DNA of 64,000 nucleotides, from contig CAVVPN010000003.1 in NCBI GenBank assembly GCA_963750165.1, positions 3,264,001 through 3,328,000 on the forward strand, given 5' to 3'. Positions 1 through 11,866 of the stretch are shown one piece after another (within the stretch, counting starts at the first letter, position 1; every line of letters starts with the position of its first letter). The DNA is from an uncultured Gemmataceae bacterium. GTDB lineage: Bacteria > Planctomycetota > Planctomycetia > Gemmatales > Gemmataceae. The translations under genes were made by a program, and so were the position numbers. The notes under the pieces were generated by a model. That model did no database searches. It saw only the letters and a list, made by a program, of their open reading frames with translations, and was not told where the DNA came from.

Positions 1-1731
1 CTATCACGCCGGCTTCGTGGCTGGCGTCGGTGCCGGGGCACGCTATCGCTACCGTCTCGACGGCGACAGGCAGCGCTACCCCGACCCGGCATCGCGCTTC
101 CAGCCGGAGGGGCCGCACGGCCCGTCGCAGGTGATCGACCCGACCGCCTTCGCCTGGACCGACCAGGGCTGGCGCGGCGCCGGTATCGCGGGACAGGTGA
201 TTTACGAGATGCATCTCGGCACCTTCACGCGGGAGGGCACCTGGGAGGCGGCGGCGCGCGAGTTGCCGGAACTGGCCGCCGCCGGCATCACTGTTCTGGA
301 GGTGATGCCCGTGGCGGAGTTCGCAGGCCAGTTCGGCTGGGGCTACGATGGTGTTGATCTGTTCGCGCCGACGCGGCTGTACGGCACGCCGGATGACTTC
401 CGCCGTTTCGTCGATCGCGCCCACGCGGCGGGGCTCGGCGTCCTCCTCGACGTGGTGTACAACCACTTCGGCCCGGACGGCTGTTATTTGCGGCCGTTTT
501 CCGAGCACTACTTTACCGACCGTCACGAGAACGAGTGGGGCGAGGCCATCAATTTCGACAGCGAAGCCGCCGGCCCGGTGCGCGAGTTCTTCGCCACCAA
601 CGCCGCATACTGGATCGACGAGTTCCATCTGGATGGCCTGCGCCTGGACGCGACGCAGCAGATTTTCGACAACTCCAGGGAGCACATTTTGACGGTCATC
701 GGCCGGCGCGTGCGCGCGGCGGCCCGCGGCCGGGCGACACTGATTGTCGCGGAGAACGAGCCGCAGGAGACACAGCTGGTGCGGCCGGTGGAGCGCAGCG
801 GCTACGGCCTGGACGGCCTGTGGAACGACGACTATCACCACAGTGCGATGGTCGCGCTGACGGGGCACAACGAGGCGTATTACACGGACTATCTGGGCGA
901 CCCACAGGAGTTCATCTCGGCGGTGAAATGGGGCTACCTGTTCCAGGGCCAGCGTTACCTGTGGCAGAAAAAGCGGCGCGGCACACCGGGGCTGGACCTG
1001 CCGCCGGCGGCGTTCGTCAACTTCCTGCAGAATCACGACCAGGTGTCCAACTCCGGCCATGGCCAGCGCTGCCACCTGCTCACCAGCCCGGGCGCTGCAA
1101 GGCGCTGACGGCGCTGACCCTCCTTGGCCCCGGCACGCCCATGCTCTTCCAGGGGCAGGAATTCGCCAGCAGCAGCCCGTTCTTCTACTTCGCGGAGCAC
1201 GAGCCGGAGCTGGCCAAACTGGTACACCAGGGCCGCACCAAGTTCCTGTCGCAGTTCCGCAGCCTGGCGCACTCCGAGGACCAGGCGTGCGTGCCGGACC
1301 CGGCCGACCCGCAGACGTTCGAGCGCTGCAAACTGGACTTCACGGAGCGCGAAACGCATCAACCCCTTTACGACCTGCACCGCGATCTGTTGCGGCTGCG
1401 GCGGGAGGATCCGGCGTTCCGGGCGCAGCGGCCGCGCGGCGTGGACGGGGCGGTGCTGGCGTTCCGGGCTTTCATGCTGCGTTTCTTCGTGGACGGCGGA
1501 GCGGATCGGCTGCTGCTCGTCAACCTGGGACGCGACCTGCACCTGGACCCCGCACCCGAGCCGCTGCTGGCGCCGCCCGCGGGGTGTCGGTGGGAGGTGC
1601 TGTGGTCGAGTGAGGACCTGAAGTACGACGGCGGCGGCACGCCACCGCTGGACACGGAGGAGAACTGGCGCATCCCGGGCGAGGCGGCGGTGGTGCTGCG
1701 ACCACGCCCGGCAACGGCGGACACGGCCTGA
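1..1731 (+). CDS. treZ: Malto-oligosyltrehalose trehalohydrolase (GH13), 5'-partial, split by an apparent 1-bp frameshift near 1092
   Basis: Motifs PDPASRFQPEGPHGPS, WGYDGV, DVVYNH, DGLRLDA, LQNHDQV in ORF 17..1108. Continues as PMLFQGQEF...FERCKLD in ORF 535..1731. Adding one C at GGC[C]GC restores TSPGRCKAL. Confidence 0.9.
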
Positions 1732-1757
1732 GTCCGTTGGGCATCACGAGGCCACGT

Positions 1758-1848
1758 CTGACACGGGGGGTGTGGTGAAAACGTGAGATGAAATGAGTAG
1801 CATCAAGGGCGGCAAGGAGTTATTTCATCTCACCCCCTTGAGATGAAA
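1758..1848 (+). promoter_or_regulatory. 5' leader with mutually exclusive inverted repeats directly before the RBS of the debranching enzyme gene
   Basis: GTGAGATGAAAT (1783-1794) is complementary to ATTTCATCTCAC (1822-1833). TTTCATCTCA (1823-1832) is also complementary to TGAGATGAAA (1839-1848). GGAGAG follows at 1850. Confidence 0.5.
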
Positions 1849-1860
1849 CGGAGAGTGGAC

Positions 1861-3900
1861 ATGGAAGACTCAGTGTTGCACATCCCGTGGTCGGCGGACA
1901 ACCGGACGGAGCAACTGGTCAACCGCGAGTGGCTGGTGGCCAACGGCCTGGGCGGCTACGCCTCGGGCACCATCGCCGGGGTGGCCTCGCGCCGCTACCA
2001 CAGTCTGCTGATCGCGGCACTGCCGGCGCCGTTTGGCCGTCGCGTCATGCTCAACCACCTGTCGGAGCTGGTCCGGCTGCCCGACGGCAAGACGTTCCTG
2101 TTTGGCGGCGAGGAGCACACCGGCACGCTGGAGTTGCACGGGGCCGAGTACCTGAAGGGGTTCCGGCTGGAGCAGGGGCTGCCGGTGTGGCGTTACGAGG
2201 TGGGCGGCGTGGCCTTCGAGAAGCGTGTCCTGCTGCCGCACATGCAGAACACCGTCCACGTCAACTATCGCCTGGTGGCGGGCGTGGGTGTGGTGCGGCT
2301 GAAGCTGCGACCGTCGGTCCACTTCCGCCCGCACGAGGCCCCGGTCAGCGACCAGCACGTGGGGCCCTACACCCTCACCTGCGTCGATGGCCGCTATGAA
2401 CTGTCGGACAAATCCACCCTGCCGCCGCTGCGGATGTACCTGCACGGCAGCCAGCCGGCGTTCACCCTGGACGGCAAGGAACTGAGCAACATCCTCTACC
2501 GCGTGGAGGAGAACCGCGGCTATGAGCACGTGGGCACTCTCTGGAGCCCTGGGTATTTCCGTGTGGACCTGAGCCGGGACCACGCGGCCACGCTCGTCGC
2601 CTCGACCGAGTCGTGGGAAACCATCCTGGCGCTGCACCCGGCCGAGGCGCTGCACGCAGAGCGCGAGCGGCGGCACCGGCTGGTGGCGGCGGCGCTGCCG
2701 GAGCTGCGCGACGGCCCGGCCCGCGAGCTGGTGCTGGCGGCGGACCAGTTCCTGATTACGCCGGCGGGCCGCATCGCCGACGCCGCCCGCGCCCACGCCG
2801 CCGGTGACGAGGTGCGGACAGTGATCGCCGGCTATCACTGGTTCACGGACTGGGGCCGTGACACCATGATTAGCCTGGAGGGCCTGACCCTGGTCACGGG
2901 CCGACAGGCCGAGGCCGGTTACATCCTGCGCACCTTCGCGCACTACGTCCGGGACGGCCTGATTCCCAACATGTTCCCCGAGGGCGAGAAGGAGGGCCTG
3001 TACCACACCGTGGACGCGACGCTGTGGTTCTTCCACGCCCTGGATCGCTATCTGCAAGCGACCAATGACCGCGTGACGCTGCGGCTGTTGCTGCCCAAAT
3101 TGCAGGACATCATCGACCACCACGTCAAGGGGACGCGCTTCAACATTCACGTGGACCCGAAGGACGGACTGCTGAGCCAGGGGGCCGACGGGTATCAGTT
3201 GACGTGGATGGACGCCAAGGTTGGCGACTGGGTGGTGACGCCGCGGCGCGGCAAGGCGGTGGAGATCAATGCGCTGTGGTACAACGCCCTGCGGCTGCTG
3301 GAGGGCTGGCTGCGTGAGGAACGCGACGCGCATGCGGCCGAAAAAGCCGGCGAGTTAGCGGAGCGCGCGCGGCAGTCGTTCAACGAGCGTTTCTGGTACA
3401 CTCGGGGCGGCTACCTGTATGACGTGGTGGACGGCGAGCACGGCGGCGATGATCCGGCGTGTCGGCCCAACCAGGTGTTCGCGATTTCGCTACCGCATCC
3501 GGTGCTGGAGCAGTCGAAATGGCGGCCGGTGCTGGACGTGGTGACGGAGCGGCTGCTGACGCCGGTGGGGCTGCGGTCGCTGGCGCCGGGCAGTCCGGAC
3601 TACAAGACGAAGTACTACGGCGACCTGCGGGCGCGCGACGCGGCCTATCACCAGGGGACGGTGTGGGCCTGGCTCATCGGCCCGTACCTGGACGCCCGCC
3701 TCAAGGTGTACCCGGAGGACCGCGACCACGCCCGCCGTTACCTGGAGGGCTTCGTCGATCACCTGCACGAGGCGTGTATCGGCTCGATCAGTGAAGTCTT
3801 CGACGCCGAGGCGCCGTACACGCCGCGCGGCTGTGTGGCCCAGGCGTGGAGTGTGGCGGAGGTGTTGCGCTGCTGGGCGAAGGAAGGCATTCGGTCGTAG
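1861..3900 (+). CDS. Amylo-alpha-1,6-glucosidase / glycogen debranching enzyme (GDE N- and C-terminal domains)
   Basis: REWLVANGLGGYASGT, IAGYHWFTDWGRDTMISL, QLTWMDAK, YHQGTVWAW, AQAWSVAE. GGAGAG RBS before ATG 1861 (alternative start 1843). Confidence 0.92.
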   Translation: MEDSVLHIPWSADNRTEQLVNREWLVANGLGGYASGTIAGVASRRYHSLLIAALPAPFGRRVMLNHLSELVRLPDGKTFLFGGEEHTGTLELHGAEYLKGFRLEQGLPVWRYEVGGVAFEKRVLLPHMQNTVHVNYRLVAGVGVVRLKLRPSVHFRPHEAPVSDQHVGPYTLTCVDGRYELSDKSTLPPLRMYLHGSQPAFTLDGKELSNILYRVEENRGYEHVGTLWSPGYFRVDLSRDHAATLVASTESWETILALHPAEALHAERERRHRLVAAALPELRDGPARELVLAADQFLITPAGRIADAARAHAAGDEVRTVIAGYHWFTDWGRDTMISLEGLTLVTGRQAEAGYILRTFAHYVRDGLIPNMFPEGEKEGLYHTVDATLWFFHALDRYLQATNDRVTLRLLLPKLQDIIDHHVKGTRFNIHVDPKDGLLSQGADGYQLTWMDAKVGDWVVTPRRGKAVEINALWYNALRLLEGWLREERDAHAAEKAGELAERARQSFNERFWYTRGGYLYDVVDGEHGGDDPACRPNQVFAISLPHPVLEQSKWRPVLDVVTERLLTPVGLRSLAPGSPDYKTKYYGDLRARDAAYHQGTVWAWLIGPYLDARLKVYPEDRDHARRYLEGFVDHLHEACIGSISEVFDAEAPYTPRGCVAQAWSVAEVLRCWAKEGIRS

Positions 3901-3920
3901 TGCAGGGCCGCCTGCACCAC
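3897..3920. repeat. Short GTAG-type REP-like hairpin overlapping the stop codon
   Basis: GTAGTGCAGG-gccg-CCTGCACCAC; related to the elements at 5692 and 62009. Confidence 0.5.
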
Positions 3921-3934
3921 GAAATGAGGGACCC

Positions 3935-5695
3935 ATGCGTTACCATGCTCTGGCGACCGACTATGACGGCACCCTGGCGCATCACGGCAAGGTGGACGAG
4001 CCGACGCTGGCGGCGCTGGAGCGGCTGCGCGCCACGGGCCGCCGACTGCTGCTCGTCACTGGCCGCGAGCTGGAAGAGTTACTCGGCATCTTCCCGGAGG
4101 TCACACTGTTCGAGTGGGTGGTGGCCGAGAACGGCGCTCTGCTCTACCGACCCGCCGACCGGCAAACCAAACTCCTCGGTGAGTCGCCGCCGGAGCGGTT
4201 CGTTGCGGAACTGCGGCGCCGCGGTGTCGCGCCCTTGTCGGTCGGCCGCAGCATCGTTGCCACCTTTCATCCGAACGAGACGAAGGTGCTGGAGACCATC
4301 CGCGACCTGGGCCTGGAATTACAGGTGATCTTTAACAAGGACGCGGTCATGGTGCTGCCCGCCGGCGTCAACAAGGCGACCGGTCTGCGGGCGGCGCTCC
4401 AGGAACTGGGGCTGTCGCCGCACGAAGTGGTCGGCGTCGGCGACGCCGAGAACGATCACGCCTTCCTGTCCCTGTGCGAGTGCTCCGCGGCCGTGGCCAA
4501 CGCGCTGCCGGCGCTCAAAGATCGGGCCGACCTGGTGACCCGCGGCGCCCAGGGCGCCGGCGTGGCCGAGTTGATCGACCGGCTGGTGGACAATGACCTG
4601 GCCGACCTGGAAGGCAAGATCGCGCGGCACCAGTTGCTGCTGGGCAACCGGGCGGATGGCGGCGAGGAGCGTATCCCGTCTTACGGGCTCAACCTGCTCA
4701 TCGCCGGCCCCTCGGGCAGCGGCAAGTCCACGGCGGCGACCAGTCTCCTCGAACGGCTGGCCGGGCACAAGTATCAGTTCTGCATCATCGACCCGGAGGG
4801 GGACTACGAGGGCCTGAGCGGGGCGGCGGTCCTGGGCAACGCCCAGCAACCGCCGAACGCGGACGAGGTGCTGCAACTGCTGGCCGACCCCGACAAGCAC
4901 GTGGTCGTGAACCTGATCGGACTACCCCTTGCCGACCGGCCGACGTTTTTCCTGTCGCTGCTGCCGCGTCTGCAAGAGATGCGGGCCAGGACGGGCCGGC
5001 CGCACTGGCTGCTGGTGGACGAGGCCCATCACCTGCTACCCGCGGCGTGGGAGCCCGCCCAGATGGCGCTGCCGCAGGAGATGAAGCGCATGGCGTTTGT
5101 CACGGTCCACCCGGACCAGATGTCGGCTGCGGTACTCCACTCGGTAGACCTGGTCATGGCCGTGGGCGAGGAGGCCGAGAAGACCATCGCCAAATTCTGT
5201 GGGGTGGTGGGCGAGCGGCCGCCGCGCGTCCCCGCCGAGTCTGCCGAGTCCACCGAGGTGGTGGTCTGGCGCCGCGACGGCAAGCAGGCCCCGTGTCGGG
5301 TCAAGCTCATCCCGAGCAAGCTGGAGCACCACCGCCACACGCGCAAGTACGCCGAGGGCGAACTGCCGCCGGAGCGGAGCTTTTACTTTCAGGGACCGGA
5401 GGGCAAGCTCAACCTGCGTGCCCAGAACCTCATCCTGTTCCTGCAAATGGCCGAGGGGGTGGACGACGATACCTGGGACTACCATCTGCGCCGCGGCGAC
5501 ATATCCAAATGGTTCCGCGAGAGCATCAAGGATGAAGTGATGGCGGCGGAGGCGGCGGAGGTGGAGGAGCGGCAGGGGTTCTCTGCCGAGGAGAGCCGCA
5601 AGCAGATCCTGGAGATTGTGGAACGGCACTACACGCTGCCCACCTCGGCGCCGCTGCCGATGCCCGGGACGGACACGGAGCCGACGCGGTCGTAG
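3935..5695 (+). CDS. HAD-IIB family hydrolase fused to a P-loop ATPase-like domain and a C-terminal helical domain
   Basis: HAD motif I ATDYDGTL, TGR, ENGA, NKATG, GDAEND. Walker A GPSGSGKST, IIDPEGDY, Walker B-like LLVDEAH. GAGGGA RBS before ATG 3935. Confidence 0.85.
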   Translation: MRYHALATDYDGTLAHHGKVDEPTLAALERLRATGRRLLLVTGRELEELLGIFPEVTLFEWVVAENGALLYRPADRQTKLLGESPPERFVAELRRRGVAPLSVGRSIVATFHPNETKVLETIRDLGLELQVIFNKDAVMVLPAGVNKATGLRAALQELGLSPHEVVGVGDAENDHAFLSLCECSAAVANALPALKDRADLVTRGAQGAGVAELIDRLVDNDLADLEGKIARHQLLLGNRADGGEERIPSYGLNLLIAGPSGSGKSTAATSLLERLAGHKYQFCIIDPEGDYEGLSGAAVLGNAQQPPNADEVLQLLADPDKHVVVNLIGLPLADRPTFFLSLLPRLQEMRARTGRPHWLLVDEAHHLLPAAWEPAQMALPQEMKRMAFVTVHPDQMSAAVLHSVDLVMAVGEEAEKTIAKFCGVVGERPPRVPAESAESTEVVVWRRDGKQAPCRVKLIPSKLEHHRHTRKYAEGELPPERSFYFQGPEGKLNLRAQNLILFLQMAEGVDDDTWDYHLRRGDISKWFRESIKDEVMAAEAAEVEERQGFSAEESRKQILEIVERHYTLPTSAPLPMPGTDTEPTRS

Positions 5696-5748
5696 TACGG
5701 GCGGCCCGGCTGCACACCCTGGTTGTGCAGGTGGGCCGCCCGCACTAC
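5692..5748. repeat. GTAG...CTAC REP-like palindrome, overlapping the stop codon
   Basis: GTAGTACGGGCGGCCC..TGCACA / TGTGCA..GGGCCGCCCGCACTAC inverted arms. Confidence 0.7.
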
Positions 5749-5771
5749 GGAAGTCGCAAACGCTGCGCGAG

Positions 5772-5941
5772 CTACACTGCCGCAGGTTGTCCCCGCCGCC
5801 GCCGCCCTTCTTCCAGCAAGTATTCCAACGACTTTTCCAACCGCTCCAGACCCTGATCGGTGTCGTCGCACGCCGCCTCAAGGTACACGGAAAGCCGTGC
5901 GCCGGGCCGACGTTCCCCCATCAAATCACGACGATGCGCAT
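5772..5941 (-). CDS. Possible ~56-aa small protein (needs a 1-bp correction near 5927)
   Basis: AAGGAAA RBS-like site then ATG CGC ATC GTC GT[n] GAT TTG ATG..., giving MRIVVDLMGERRPGARLSVYLEAACDD...LERLEKSLEYLLEEGRRRRG. Confidence 0.35.
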
Positions 5942-6024
5942 GGTGGTTTCCTTTCAACTCAAAAGTCGTTTGAGGCCGGTGAAGATGCGCAGATTTTGCG
6001 CGTACTGACAGATTCGCGTTTCCC

Positions 6025-9000
6025 TCACCCCAGAAGCAGCGCCACCGGGAACTGGGCAAACACCTCCGATAGCGCCAGGGATGGCTGTCCGTCCCGGTTC
6101 GCCACCGCCACCATCTCCCCGGTGAACGGACTGCCCAGTCGAGACCTCTCAGACAATCCCGCCAACACCAGCCGCGTGTCCTGCCAGAACTCCCGTCCCA
6201 GCGGCAGGTCGGTCGAGGACATCCACGCCCGGCACAGCAGTCTCGGGACGGCCACGACCGCCCAGCGCTCAGCCTGCCGCCGGGCGAAGGCGAAGACATG
6301 CTCCGCTCGCGGCCCGACCGCCTCCAGCGGCACATATTCCCCCGTGGCGAACAGTCCCGGGTGGTCGCGGCGCTCCTTCAGGGCACGCATGGTCACGTAC
6401 AGCTTGGCACGGCCGTCCTCCAGGGAGCCGAGCAGTTCGCGGGCCAGCGCGGCCAGACCCTTCCCGGAGGCGGTGCGCTCACGCAGCTCGGCCAGCAGTC
6501 GGCGGCGGCGCTCGTAGTCCACCGGCCGCCGATTGTCGGGATCGACCAGGCTGAAGTCCCACAGCTCACAGCCCTGGTAAAAGTCCGGCACCCCCGGCGC
6601 CGCGATCTTCACCAGGGTCTGCGCCAGGGAGTTGAGCAGACCGAAGCGGCTGACCCGGCGCACGAAGGGACGCAGATCGCCCAGGAACGACTTGCTGACC
6701 TGCTCGTCCAGAATGCGTGCGATGAACTGACTCAGGGCGGTATCGTAGTCCTTGTCAGGGTTGATCCAGCTGCTGTGGACCTTGGCCTCATGCAGGGCCT
6801 TGTGCATGTAGTCCTGGATGCGGCGCACGAACGCGGCATGCTCCTCCGGTCCCGGTTCGCCCAGCGGCCAGGCGCCGACCAGGGTCTGGTAAATGAAATA
6901 CTCCTCATTCGGGTCCGGTGCCACGCCTTCTTCCAGGGCCACGCGATGCGGCAGGTTCAGGTGACTCCAGCGCCGCAGACAATCGCGCCACTCGCCCGGC
7001 AGTTCCGAGAGCACGTTGAGCCGGGCGCGCACGTCCTCGCTGCGCTTGGTGTCGTGCGTTGAGGTGGCCGACAGCGCCCACGGCCAGCGCGCCTGCCGCT
7101 CCTGGAAAACGTTGTGCAGGGCGGTCGGCGGCAGACCGAAGCGGCCCGGATCGCCGCCCACCTCGTTCAGCGATAGCAGCCGGTTGTAGATGTAGAAGGC
7201 CGTGTCCTCCATGCCCTTGGCCATGTCCGGCGCCGTCACCTGCTGGAACTTGCCGGCGAAGCGGGCCTGCTCGGCGCGCTGGCGTTCGTCGGCGGCGTCG
7301 GGGTACTTCAGCAGCAGCATGTCGCGGATGAAGAGGTAGTACGCTCGGTTCTGGGCGGGGTTGCGCACCGCGCCCGCTGCACCGCGCGTACGACGTACTT
7401 GCGATCCGAGTCGCTCACGTCGTCCGCGGTGATGTAGGAGCGGTAGACGGGGAAACAGGCGATGACCTCGCGCAGGGCGTGCCGCAGGCTGTGCAACGTG
7501 AAGTCGCGCGACCAGCGGTCGCGCTGCGCCAGCCGGTCCAGCTGGTAGGCCAGCGTGTGCAGTTCGCTCGACAGCGACACCTGCAGAATCAGGAACTTTT
7601 TGCGATAGACGACCTCCGCGAACGGCGTGTCGTCCTGGGTCCAGTCGCGGTACAGCCGGGTGAACTCCTCGGCGTTGGCGGCGTCCACGAACAACCCGTT
7701 TAGCTGGTTGAGGAAGTCGTAGCCGCTGGTGCCGTGGGTCGCCCAGTCCACGGGCAGCGCCTCGGCGGCGCCGAGGATTTTTTCCACGACGACGTACAGG
7801 GGCCAGCCTGCCGGTCCCTCGGCAGGCTGGAAAGCCTGCCCCACGAAAGCGGCGACACGCTCGCGCAGCGGCCCCTCCAGCACCGCCCAGTCCTGGTCCT
7901 CCGCCAGCTCCCGGGCGCGGGCCAGGACGAAGTGCTCCTGCAGCCGGCGCAGGTACTGCCGCGGATCGTACAGGCCGTCGGGGTGGTCGATACGCAGGCC
8001 GTCGATCTGGCCCTCGGCCAGCAGCTTCAGCACCAGGGCGTGCGTGGCCTCGAACACCTCCGGCCGCTCCATGCTCAGCGCCGCCAGGTCGTTCACGTCG
8101 AAGAAGCGGCGGTAGTTGATCTCGTCGGCGGCGACGCGCCAGAAGCACAGTCGATACGCCTGGTCGTCGAGCAGTTCGTCAAGCAGGTCGAAGCTGCGTG
8201 GGTCGCCCGGCGTGCCGTTGAACTGCGCCACCGTCTCGGCCAGGAAGTCGCCCACCGCGGCGCTCTCCTGCGTCAGCACTGCCAGGCGGCGCTTGATGAC
8301 CTCCTTCTCGCGCTGCCGTTCGGCCACCTTTTCCGGGCCCGTCTCGGTGCGCCGTGGCAGGTGCTTCACCGCGGTCAGGATGCTCTGGTACTCCACCAGT
8401 GCCGGGTCATCCTTGCCCAGGCGCCGTTCCAGTTCCTCCAGGCGGTAGCCGAGGATGAGGCCGTAACTGCGCGGCGCCACCGGCCAGCTGTGCTCGAAGT
8501 AGGTCACGGTGAAAGCGCCCGCGGCGTATTCCAGCTTGATCTGCTGCGACTCCAGTACCTTGCCGTAGGGCTCGCCCAGCACCGGCAGCAGCACACGGCC
8601 GTGCAGTTCCGGCCGCGGCGAGGCGAACCAGGAGATGTCGAAGAAATTGGCGTAGGGCGAGGCCGGGCCGTTCTCCAGCACGTCGTTCCACCACGGGTTC
8701 TCGTTGCCGAGCACGCCCATGTGGTTCGGCACCATGTCGAGGATCTGGCCCAACCCGTTCTGGTGCAGCGCGTCCACGAACGCGGCGTAGGCCGCGTCGG
8801 TGCCGATCTCGGGGTTGAGGACACGGTGGTCGATGATGTCGTAACCGTGCTGGCTACCGGGTCGCGCTTTCAGGTACGGCGAGGCGTAGCAGTGGGTGAT
8901 GCCCAGGTCGCGCAGGTACGGCACCAGTCGGGCGGCGTCACGGAAGGTGAAGCCGGCGTGGAACTGCAACCGATAGGTCGCCTCCGGGAAGCGCCGCGGC

Positions 9001-9056
9001 GCGCGGCCAGATCCTGGAGCGTCCGGTCCAGCAGCGCGTCGATCACCTGATCCATG
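6025..9056 (-). CDS. treY: Malto-oligosyltrehalose synthase (GH13), with apparent frameshifts near 8998 and 7368
   Basis: PEATYRLQF, GSQHGYD, DMVPNHM, INYRRFFDVN, DGLRIDHPDGLYDP, VVVEKIL, AKGMEDTAFY, STHDTKRSED, PGVPDFYQG, SLVDPDNRRPVDY, spread over three frames. Confidence 0.92.
7803..7844 (-). repeat. GTGG-type REP-like element inside the treY reading frame
   Basis: Minus strand GTGGGGCAGGCTTTCCAGCCTGCCG-agggac-CGGCAGGCTGG, translated VGQAFQPAEGPAGW. Resembles the intergenic GTGGGGCAGACATTCCTGTCTGCC at 46223. Confidence 0.6.
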
Positions 9057-9060
9057 ATTT

Positions 9061-9164
9061 TGTCATTAGTCATTAGTCATTAGTCATTAGTTATTAGTTA
9101 TCAGGCTTCAAGGCCCGGAGGTTTCGCCCACCACTTCAACCCTGATAACGAATGACTAATGACA
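9061..9164. repeat. Inverted heptamer tandem-repeat element (GTCATTA)n
   Basis: 4x GTCATTA plus variants, a spacer, then CCTGATAAC-GAATGAC-TAATGAC; fills the treY-glgX gap. Confidence 0.85.
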
Positions 9165-9170
9165 TCCTCC

Positions 9171-11402
<2,232 letters not shown>

Positions 11403-11624
11403 GGATTTTCCTCAATTTGAGTCGTTGCCTTCCCAGACAGATCGGGCCGCCGTTTGCCGGCGGCGCTGTGGGATTGTGCGTATTTCACCACGCCCGTCCA
11501 CGCTGCACACCACGGTGCAAGAACCCGCGGACGCGCTCTGCGTCTCAGGGGAAGGCGACCTTTTTGCCGCCGGCCCAGTGAGCAAACACGGTGCCAGGAA
11601 CGCGGCGCTCCGGAGGTTTGGCGC

Positions 11625-11746
11625 GGTCGTTCCCCGAACCCGCGCTGCCTGGTATAATGTATAGAGGAAGTGCCAGGGAAGGCTTTCATCTCGTATCATC
11701 TCACAGACACCCCTACCAGCCCAGGGGTCGCGCAGATTCCCCGCCC
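11625..11746 (+). ncRNA. Dispersed element family A, copy 1 (candidate sRNA or regulatory element with TATAAT box)
   Basis: GGTCGTTCCCC..TATAAT..AGTGCCAGGGAAGGCTTTCATCTCGTATCATCTCACA..CCCCT/AGGGG..GATTCCCCGCCC; homologous to the copies at 26085 and 42377. Confidence 0.45.
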
Positions 11747-11866
11747 ACAACCCCTGACCCCGCACTATCACAGGTTCGGACGAACTCACGGCAGCAGGCG
11801 GTATCCAGGTGAGCCGGGCGGAGCTACAACAGTGGAAGCCCCACTCCGAGCAACCGGGAGATTCAC

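Noticed and set aside
1085..1100. Programmed ribosomal frameshifting in treZ and the other split genes
   Set aside because: No slippery heptamers; the pattern fits sequencing deletions.
9061..9164. Heptamer arrays as CRISPR
   Set aside because: Units are 7 bp and contiguous, with no unique spacers.
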